A stretch of 64,000 nucleotides of DNA from Amoebidium appalachense. Taxonomy: Eukaryota; Protista; Ichthyosporea. A program made the position numbers and the translations under genes. The notes under the pieces are model-generated. The model was not told the origin of the DNA and ran no database searches. It worked only from the letters and a program-made list of their open reading frames with translations. Positions 49,100 through 57,908 of this stretch are shown in pieces. The stretch spans positions 10,791,355-10,855,354 of the forward strand of contig CAVNZM010000006.1 of the NCBI GenBank assembly GCA_963693365.1, read 5' to 3'. Each line of letters opens with the position of its first letter. Positions within the stretch are counted from its first letter, which is position 1.

Positions 49100-51233
49100 G
49101 AAGGGGGGAAAGCGGGGTTGGTGACTGTTGTCTCTACCGGAGTGTATGCATGATGGTGTGACGGAAACAAAGAGAAATGACGGGGCAAAAAATGAACGAA
49201 CACCCAAGGTTCATTTTGACGGGCAAATGTAATGCATATGCCGACCTCTTTGCTAATTATGGTTCATAACTGCTTGATTGCCCTTCTGCACACGCAATCG
49301 CCTTAACATGCAACTCCCTGCCACATAGCAACTCTTTCCCACGTGCCTTATAAAGGCATGTCCCATTCCATCTTGACTCTATGTTCTTTGGTGTGCTTGC
49401 ACGTGCATTTTGGACCATCCTAATGCACGCATGCAACTTCAAACTGCCGTGCATGGATGTATGACCGTACACGTGAAGGTGTGTGTGTGTTTGCATATGC
49501 ACATGGTATGTGCCCACACACCTGATAAGCAAAGGCCAGGTCGATGAACCCATTATGCAGCACCACGGTGGCCCCTCCAGCCGCAATCACGTGGAAGAGT
49601 TTGCGCACACACGGCCCGGTGGCTCCTTGGTCTGCCTGGCACACACCCATTAGTGGCCACATGCACGGGGTGTAGTTGTCTGGTGCACAAAGTGAATGGA
49701 AGTAAAGATGTGTCACACGTGGCAACAACGATGCACATAACAAACAGAAATGGTTTAGTTCTTTTACGTTTGTCGACGATATTGTATGTCACACTTTTGC
49801 CTACTGTTTGGTGCTGATGAAGGATATAAGGTGGAAGTCATGGCACATCAGCATCAGGAAACGGAAACCGCGAGAGAGGAAAGGAGAGACCGAAAGAAAG
49901 AGGAGGAGGAGGAGGAGGGGAGGGAGGGGGGAGAGGGGGGAGAGAGAGAGAGGGAGGGAGAAAGAGAGAATAGGCAAACGAGTAGGCAGGGAAATGGGGG
50001 GATGGGGGGGGGGGGGGGGGGGGGAAGGGGGGGTTTGAATGCGTCAAAAAGTACGAAGTACACAAGAACAAACGGATAACACGATGCAGAATGCAAGCCA
50101 TACATCAAGAGTATGCATAATAAGCAGAGCCCATCCTCAGGGGGGCCCCACGTCATCCACAGTACCCGAGTTTCGACCTATTCACCTCGTTAACGAAACC
50201 CAACTCAGATACTGTTTCACTTGAACATGGGTAGGTCACCCGTCTTGATCAGAGACGAGCAGGGTTGCTTATGCAGGCAAGGGCATTGGGAAAGGCCGGG
50301 GGTTAAAGTTGCAGCAGTAAGCAGAAGCAAGAAAAATATAGATACGAACTCAGGAGACGGGGCTTCTAGGAAGCTCCCCCCGGGGGAGAGGGGGGCATTG
50401 TCCGCACCCTATCCTGGCCGCTGTGGTAGGGCACACCCTTTGCAATCTGCTTGTTGAAGTCGAAGCCATTGTCTGTTAGAAACTGCAGGCTGCCTGGCTC
50501 CACAGTGTAGGGGTCCTGGGGGGAAGATGTCATTCGATCAATAAACATAGTAGGCATAGTGGCACTATCAGGAGGGAGAAGGTGGGTGGGTGTTTATAGA
50601 AGGAGTCAAGAAGGGAGGATGAGTTGTGAATGTATGTGTGTACGCGCATGTGCAGGTGTGGGTGTGTGTGTGTGTGTTCTAGGAGGGTAATGGGTTTAGA
50701 TGAGCGGAGAGTGTGCAGAGGACTGTCCAAGAGGTGAGGGGGGGTCACCTGCAGTGCTGTGTGCACACACAGACCCCCTTTTTGCCAACGAGAACAATGT
50801 GGCCTTGATGGCGCCACACTCACCACACGGGAGGCCTCATCACAGCCCCCCCCCCCCTCCCCCCCGCCCCCCCCCTCCCCACTCCCCGGATCCCCGGGGA
50901 GGAGTCTTGACAGGATTCCGTTCAACCCAACCACACCCCTCCCCTCTAACCTCAACACAGGCGCGTACCCCCCCCCCCCCCCCACCCCCCACATGCACTT
51001 ATCGCACCTGGCACAGCAGCAGGATATTGAAGGTTCTGACGTCATAGGCCACCTCTAATTGGCCCGTTGCCGGCCGCAGGGCAAAAAACGACAAACCGAG
51101 AGACACGATGGAACGGGTGGTGGCCGTCTCACGGAACGCCTTGTACCGGTCATCAAGGCTCCTAAAAGGTGTTTGTGTTTTTGGTCAATCGGCAAAAATT
51201 AGACAATAGCTGCCGTTAACAGAGCTGTGTGAC

Positions 51234-51292
<59 letters not shown>

Positions 51293-51323
51293 TACACGCG
51301 CGCGCGCGCATGTGTGTGTATGT

Positions 51324-51354
<31 letters not shown>

Positions 51355-51960
51355 GGGGGAGGGGGGGGGGCGCACACACGAAGAGTATGTGCATGCATCA
51401 TAATCAGAGCTCATCCTCAGGGGGGCCCAAGTCGGGTAGGGGGGAGGGGGGTCCTTAAGTCATCGAATAAGAGAGACCCAAGGTTGCAGAGAGAAAGACT
51501 AAGGCTACGATGAAACTAACTATGGTTTGCACGGGGGAGAGCATGCTATTGTACATTTCTGACCCAGTAAGGAGCACTTGGCTGTGTACGTGCATGAAAG
51601 GGAGAGGGGAGAAGGAAGGGGGTGAGTTTAGATGGCATTACAGAGTACGAAGTACACATTCATGGCAGAAATCACAATGCATAATGCGGAGGGCACATAA
51701 AGAAGGAGGGGTAGGAAGGGAAGGGGGGGAGGTGGGGGGGCAAGTGCGATCCAAAACGGCAAAATCTCAATATAGCGACGCCAAGTGCTGTAGCGGCATC
51801 AGTTGGAAAAATCAGACCAACCTAACGAGTGTTTGTTGAAGGGGCTTCGGAAAATGACAATGCAGAGGTAAGGAATGGGGATAAATGCACACACTTCACG
51901 AGAGGGCCCAAAGAGATAGCCCTGTGGCAGGACATTCTGCAATCATCCGCTGTGTGTGTG

Positions 51961-52009
<49 letters not shown>

Positions 52010-52400
52010 TGACAAGGGGATAGGGTGGTACAGTGAGTGCTTGGATTAGGTGGGTGGGTGGGGCGTTTGGGTGCGTGGGTGGGTTGTTGTTGTTGTTGGG
52101 GGGGGGGGGGGGGGGGGGGGAGGATCTCTTACGGTGCACGCAGGCCTTCCTTGGAGCCAAGGCCCGTCATCTCCTGCACGCCAACCACCCTCAGTCACCT
52201 CCCCCCCCCCCCCCTGGGGCACCGGCTGCTCATTCTCTCACGTGTTTCCTAGGTCCCTCCTTCCCCCCTCCCCCTCCCCCCTCTCCTCGCCCGCCCCTTT
52301 CTCTCCAAGGTGTTTCCATGGCTAAGCATCTATTCCTCTCTCCGTTGCCTCCTGGAACTTTCTCTCCTTCCCTGCCACAGCTCCTATCAGACTTATTTCT

Positions 52401-52434
<34 letters not shown>

Positions 52435-53154
52435 ACACACACACCCCGACCTCAGCCTGTCCTCCCTGTTCTCGCCCTTTTTCTTCCCGTCCCCTGCCTC
52501 CTCGTCCACTAGACCACGCATCCCCGCAGTCACAGCCGAGAATTAACCGCTGCCTGCCTCTGCCTTCCCCCCTCCCCCTGTTCCCCATAACACTACCATA
52601 CTGCCTGATCAATGCAGACGAGCAACTACGAACTGCCTGCACCGGTTCGTATGCACTGGTTTTTGTATACAAAATCATACACAACAAAACACAATTACGC
52701 ACACACGTGCTATCGCAACCGTTCCGATGTTTTTTATGGTTTCGCTTTATTTCCTTTTTTCCACCACCCCTGTCCCTGCCTTTGCCTCTATTCTTTCTCC
52801 CAATCACTAGCTCCTCCCCTCTATTTCTCCCTTCTCCAACCATTCCCTCCACACCTGCCTTCCACGCCCTCTCCCCCCCCCTCCCCCCTCCCTCCCCCCC
52901 CCTCCCCTCTCCCTATCTCTCCATTCTCTAAAACCCTCCCCCCCTCCCCACCCTCTCTCGCTCTTCCCCTCCGCTCCCCCCCTCCCACCTCTCGCTCTCA
53001 CCCCCCATCCCCCACCCCCTACTTCCCCTATACGCACCATATCCAGGGCGATAAAGGTTGAGGTCTCAGCCAGCTGTGTCAGCTGGGGCCAGGCAGCAGC
53101 AAAGTTGTCCCTGGTCAGGTCCACCACTATGCTCGGTGCCTCCAAGTCAGCCAT
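46509..53154 (-). CDS. TOE1: TOE1 (Target of EGR1; CAF1-family DEDD 3' exonuclease with a C3H zinc finger and basic NLS), about 10 exons
   Basis: Exons encode FIALDM|EMTGLG, DDRYKA...TRSIVSLGL, FLTDNGFDFNKQ...GVPY, VVLHNGFIDLAF, YAPLP..LQTFVAD...DTKY, ASYLEFLF, ICESYA|FHGHCTKGSSCSLSHDLD, KSKKRRK, HRAGFDAFMTG and IPLRLIKSQF...stop. Confidence 0.92.
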
Positions 53155-53334
53155 CCTGCGTGCGCATAGACTACCGTGGACTGAATTCGGGTGTGTCGGC
53201 TATCTCTGTGAAAGCGACCTGGGCACTATGCTATTCTTAGACTACACTGGGAAAGGGCAGGAAATAAGCTCGAAATAGGTGCCACGGCAAAACACAAGAC
53301 ACCCGAAGGAGATGGTGTTCCCAGTCTTAAGGTA

Positions 53335-53348
53335 CGGTCACGTGACCG
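53335..53348. promoter_or_regulatory. 14-bp perfect palindrome CGGTCACGTGACCG (extended E-box) about 180 bp upstream of TOE1
   Basis: Exact palindrome containing GTCACGTGAC, a bHLH-ZIP type site. It also overlaps a repeated element, so its function is uncertain. Confidence 0.35.
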
Positions 53349-53593
53349 AAATATTGGGTCTAAGGAGATTTAACGGAGGGGTATGGGGAGGGGAAAGGAC
53401 TGAGCGGTTTGGTGGCAACGGCATCAAGAAATAAATGGATCGCGGCGCCAATCAGATGCGCAGATCTGCCCGGATCTAAGAAAGCAACGTTCCGTTTTGG
53501 ACCTCATGGCCAATCACAAACATTGGGAAAAAAAGCAAATTCTTGGCGGTCAAGAATAACACCACACCACTCCGTAGAAACACAATAACAACC

Positions 53594-54568
53594 ATGCCGA
53601 AACTTTCGGTTGATACAGTACTGGCAGAACTTGCCCTCGTTAAGAAACAGCTAAATGAGCTGTTACCACTCAAGAACATGATAGAAAAACTCCAAACAGA
53701 AAATACCCAACTCAAGCTCACCATTGATTCACTCACAGCCCAGCTAAACATTAGTGGATCGCAAAACCCCAAAACTCATGAGCAAACATCTCGCGACGGA
53801 GACATTTCCACCCCAACACAAAACAACACAGGACCGGAAGCACAGCTCCCGGCAGAGTTCCTAGAATATGCGAACTCTCGTAAAACACCCGAGCTCCGCC
53901 AAATTGCCAAGGAAACATATGCCAGCATTCTTGCAGGCAACGAGTACCGCCGCAACTCCCCTCCCAAACCGCCGGCTAAGGGGAACACCCAAGCAAACGG
54001 TAACATCAACATCCCACCCAAATACGAGAGGGTGTATTTCAAAGTCAAGCACGGCAGACGCCCACACAGGGCCATGTGGTCCATCTTCAAGGCTCTCGGC
54101 TTCCGGTGCTCTCGCATCCTTTGTCTGTCCTTCATTGGATACGATGTGCTGGAAGTAGCAGTACGGGGCGACTATAACCGTGCGTTCATCCGTGACGCGA
54201 CAAAGGGGTGTGGAAGCTTCTTCACCCACCTCCCAAGCTACGACCCATGCGCGCCGGAAAACATTCAGAAAGCAGACAAAGAACGTAAAGTGTCTGCTAA
54301 GAATGCGTGCGCCACACGTTGTCGTGTACGCATCAGCAAGGCAAAAGAGTTCCTCGCAAAGTTGGAAAACGATGCTACGAGCGTGATAGACACGGACACG
54401 AAGGAACCAATGTTTTCTGGTGAGAAACTGCTCGAGCGCAAACGCCGATGCGAGATGGAAATCGAGCTCTTCTGCGAACTGTTCGCGCTGGCGGAAGGTC
54501 GTGCATACGACCCCGTAAGCGACAAGTGGGAACCAACCCCACAGGTGTCGGACCAAACCGATGCCTAA
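53594..54568 (+). CDS. Retrotransposon ORF1 (N-terminal coiled coil, C-terminal putative nucleic-acid-binding domain)
   Basis: First ATG at 53594 in an accATG context; heptad pattern LAELALVKKQLNEL...IEKLQTENTQLKLTIDSLTAQL; lies directly upstream of APE-RT. Confidence 0.75.
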   Translation: MPKLSVDTVLAELALVKKQLNELLPLKNMIEKLQTENTQLKLTIDSLTAQLNISGSQNPKTHEQTSRDGDISTPTQNNTGPEAQLPAEFLEYANSRKTPELRQIAKETYASILAGNEYRRNSPPKPPAKGNTQANGNINIPPKYERVYFKVKHGRRPHRAMWSIFKALGFRCSRILCLSFIGYDVLEVAVRGDYNRAFIRDATKGCGSFFTHLPSYDPCAPENIQKADKERKVSAKNACATRCRVRISKAKEFLAKLENDATSVIDTDTKEPMFSGEKLLERKRRCEMEIELFCELFALAEGRAYDPVSDKWEPTPQVSDQTDA

Positions 54569-57500
54569 TTTATCCTTCTTCTTCTGGAATGCTCGGACAC
54601 TGGGCCCCCAAAAGGGCCTCCCCCCCGGGACACTCGACGATAAAATCAGCTACATACAACAACAGACAAACAACCACACGTTTACAGTGATTTGCGAAAC
54701 ACAGTTTAAAAACCACCACAAATTCAACTCTACATTGGTCGACACATCCACACACCCCGGTTACGCGAAAAACCGAGGCATTATTGTACTTGCCGCACCA
54801 CACGTGAGAGTGAAGTGCAAACCGGTAGTAAAAACGGAATTCTCGGTTTCTATAGAGTTTCTTTCTAATGTTTTTACTTTTGTATATTACCCACCATCTA
54901 TGTCGGTTGTCGAATTGACTCACGAGTTGTCACAGTTACCAATGTCCACTGTTATTTTAGGTGATTTTAACACGCGACTCCACCACACAGACACACTGCA
55001 AGTGAGTGTCGGGTACCCATCTAAGCCCCCGGAGCGTGCTATCCCTTTAGCAAGGTATGTCCAAAGTCACACTTTGCGGTTCCCTCAAATATCCCATGCC
55101 CACAACACCGACTGGGGAGTGGCCTTTTGGCCATCAACCATGTCAAAACTCTCTCTCCCTCCTAACCTCTCTAGGTCATCTGACCACTCTCCTATCCTTT
55201 TCCTACCTAAGATCTCCCTTGATCTGCTCCCCCCTCCCCCTCCCACCTTTCGCCTCCGTCTATCCCAGCTTAAGTCACAGTGGGGTAGAGTTGATGTATG
55301 TGTATGCTATGCTACGAAACACCCTATATATATGCGCCTATTAGAATCTGCACAAGCCAGGCCAGATTCACATCTCGTACTAGATACATGCACTAACTTT
55401 ATTGTTGATGATTTGATAGATCTCGGTGATTATGCTGGCGGTGGTAGGAAGGAATATCCCGATGCTCTCTTGTTACCAAACACCACTCCCGCTAGACTAG
55501 GTGAACCCCTGTCTCAAAAGGAAAGCTTGCGCCGGCTTGCTAGTATGAATCGATTTGGCCCCCCTGCTCGTATTATTGGTGATACCACTGGAGACCCCCT
55601 CATAGACTCTGATAAGTATTTCTCGGAACTGTTTAAAGATAGGACCCCCGCTCAGAAACCTATTGTGTGGCCTGTAGACCCATCTATCCCCATAGAATCG
55701 ATCCTCCCCTTTTTCAGTCCCGATGCCATATGGTCTGTGATATCTAGTTATAGCTCTAGTAAGTCTTGTGGACCTGATGGACTCCCTGCTGGGTTTCTTA
55801 AAATCCTTGTTCCCTCCTACCCACAAAAGGAAAGTGATCGTGCTATTAAACCTGATCTTACTATCATGTTAAGCTCTCTCTTTTCTTGGTGTGTTAAATG
55901 TGGACATGTCCCGTCATCTTGGTTAGATACCTTAGTGATCCCCATAGTTAAGAAGGACTCTGAGGGCCCCATATCATCCTTTCGCCCCATTACACTAACC
56001 CAAGTTGTTCGTAGATTCTTTGAAGCTTGCTTACTTAGGTTATTTGCACATCACCCTAGGTTTCAATCTATTCTTCACATACACCCATGCCAATCCGCGT
56101 TTCGTAAAAACAATTCATGTTATGTTCAAATAATGGCACTGCACGATTCTATGCAAGTTGGTGCACAATATGTTGGCTTTATTGATTGGAAAACTGCTTA
56201 CGATTCTGTCTCCCCTGGTCTCCTATGGGAAAAGCTTGCTGCACGGGGTGTACCACACTGCATTGGTGTTCTGTTAGAAGCACTCTTGTCTCAAACCTAT
56301 GGTAGAGCTGTGGTTAATGGGCATCTTTCATATGGTTTTGCTCGTACTAGAGGTCTCTTGCAGGGTTCATTGCTTAGCCCCTTTTTGTTTAACCTATTTA
56401 TAGATGATTTGGCTGTCAAGATTTACGCCGAAAACGATGACCCTATTAATAACTTTCCGCCTGCACTTCTCTATGCTGATGATCTGTCCCTCCTTGCCCG
56501 TACCCCTAGACGCCTGCAAAGATTGTTCGATGTAGTGTCAGAGTGGTGCAAGGCAAACCTTATGATCCTTAACATAGACAAATGTGGTGTTCTTGTACCT
56601 GATATAGCTAACAATTTACACACATTTACATTATCATCTAAACCTGTACCTATAGTTCCAGAATACAAATATCTTGGTGTTCCGGTTGATTCTGTTGGTG
56701 TTATGTTTCCCCATATGGTCGAAAAGAGGGTAGAGTTGGCTCGTAAGCGGTTAGCTTTCTTCTCGGCTAATATTTTTAAAGACACACCCCTCCATCCTTC
56801 TATTAGACTTACATTTATTCGCACTTTTGTCTTCCCGGCATGTGAATATGGTTTACCCCTTCTCGCCGCTTGGATCAAGAAAGAGAGAACTAGAGCGCTT
56901 AAACCCTTGGCAAATTTCCTTGAAGCAGAAGTTGCCTCCTTTCTATCTAACAACTGTTGTAAACCTGGGCCTGTAACGCTCTCGATATATGGTCTGGTCC
57001 CAATAGCTGCTAGAGTATCCTATCTCGCGCTGAAATTCAATAAGCACATAAGCCGCTTAAAGAAGTATTTGCCCTCCCACCCTCTCTTCTCTATCCGACC
57101 TGTCCCCTCCTCACCTCTCCCCTCTTTCCTCCCCTCTCTCTCCCCTTCTCCCCTGGGCACAAATACAAATAAACCCCGCAATAGTGTGTGTGTGACTTTG
57201 GACTGCCACTTACTTATTAAACATGTACACAATCACAAGATAATCACGCAATATAACAAATGGAAAAAGATACCACACGACACTAGACCCGATGAAAGCA
57301 TACACCTTGAAAAACTAAGCCTTATGTCTCGTTTTATATATACTGACCGCCTCAACCATATTGCCAAATATGGCACTCGCAAGTGTATAACACCTAAATA
57401 CATATTACCTTCCTGTAGAACTGGTCTTTCTCTAGCTGATGGTATTATTGATCAATTACCACGCTTTTACTGTACACGTGCTATACAGTGGAGATCTAAT

Positions 57501-57755
57501 AAGTATAAGGTGGCATCATTTGCATGCCCAAACAACACACACACACACCAGTTTAACCGGTCATGTATCGCCAAATGTAGTTTGATAGACCACATAATAC
57601 CGCAACACACACACGTCACATTCACAACAGACACCCAGAAAGATAGCCTACCTGTAAATTACAACATCCTTGATTTTATACTAAACACGCGTAACTACGA
57701 CCTGTTTATTAGATGTATTGATTGGCTTGAGAAACACATCACTACAAAATTATAG
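54561..57755 (+). CDS. Retrotransposon ORF2: apurinic-type endonuclease plus reverse transcriptase, Cys/His-containing C-terminus
   Basis: APE motifs WNAR, ICETQ, ILGDFN and SDHSP; RT motifs KSCGPDG, FRPITL, QSAFR, FIDWKTAYDSV, GLLQGSLLSPFLFNLFIDDL, YADD, LNIDKC and YKYLGV. Confidence 0.95.
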   Translation: MPNLSFFFWNARTLGPQKGLPPGTLDDKISYIQQQTNNHTFTVICETQFKNHHKFNSTLVDTSTHPGYAKNRGIIVLAAPHVRVKCKPVVKTEFSVSIEFLSNVFTFVYYPPSMSVVELTHELSQLPMSTVILGDFNTRLHHTDTLQVSVGYPSKPPERAIPLARYVQSHTLRFPQISHAHNTDWGVAFWPSTMSKLSLPPNLSRSSDHSPILFLPKISLDLLPPPPPTFRLRLSQLKSQWGRVDVCVCYATKHPIYMRLLESAQARPDSHLVLDTCTNFIVDDLIDLGDYAGGGRKEYPDALLLPNTTPARLGEPLSQKESLRRLASMNRFGPPARIIGDTTGDPLIDSDKYFSELFKDRTPAQKPIVWPVDPSIPIESILPFFSPDAIWSVISSYSSSKSCGPDGLPAGFLKILVPSYPQKESDRAIKPDLTIMLSSLFSWCVKCGHVPSSWLDTLVIPIVKKDSEGPISSFRPITLTQVVRRFFEACLLRLFAHHPRFQSILHIHPCQSAFRKNNSCYVQIMALHDSMQVGAQYVGFIDWKTAYDSVSPGLLWEKLAARGVPHCIGVLLEALLSQTYGRAVVNGHLSYGFARTRGLLQGSLLSPFLFNLFIDDLAVKIYAENDDPINNFPPALLYADDLSLLARTPRRLQRLFDVVSEWCKANLMILNIDKCGVLVPDIANNLHTFTLSSKPVPIVPEYKYLGVPVDSVGVMFPHMVEKRVELARKRLAFFSANIFKDTPLHPSIRLTFIRTFVFPACEYGLPLLAAWIKKERTRALKPLANFLEAEVASFLSNNCCKPGPVTLSIYGLVPIAARVSYLALKFNKHISRLKKYLPSHPLFSIRPVPSSPLPSFLPSLSPSPLGTNTNKPRNSVCVTLDCHLLIKHVHNHKIITQYNKWKKIPHDTRPDESIHLEKLSLMSRFIYTDRLNHIAKYGTRKCITPKYILPSCRTGLSLADGIIDQLPRFYCTRAIQWRSNKYKVASFACPNNTHTHQFNRSCIAKCSLIDHIIPQHTHVTFTTDTQKDSLPVNYNILDFILNTRNYDLFIRCIDWLEKHITTKL

Positions 57756-57775
57756 CGCACGCGCACACACACACA

Positions 57776-57834
<59 letters not shown>

Positions 57835-57856
57835 CCAGTGTCCCGAGGGGAGCCCC

Positions 57857-57908
<52 letters not shown>

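Larger units (their letters stand above)
53480..57907 (+). mobile_element. Apparently full-length non-LTR retrotransposon (ORF1 + APE-RT ORF2, (CA)n-containing 3' UTR, A-run); 5' boundary approximate
   Basis: Two uninterrupted intronless ORFs that overlap by 8 nt, followed by (CA)n and an A-run at 57861-57907. No target-site duplication was found. Confidence 0.9.

Noticed and set aside
50120-50220. Hammerhead ribozyme in the dispersed repeat (CUGANGA followed by a short stem on the C-rich strand)
   Set aside because: CTGAGGA/CTGACGA is present in several copies, but no conserved GAAA, stem III or stem I pairing follows.
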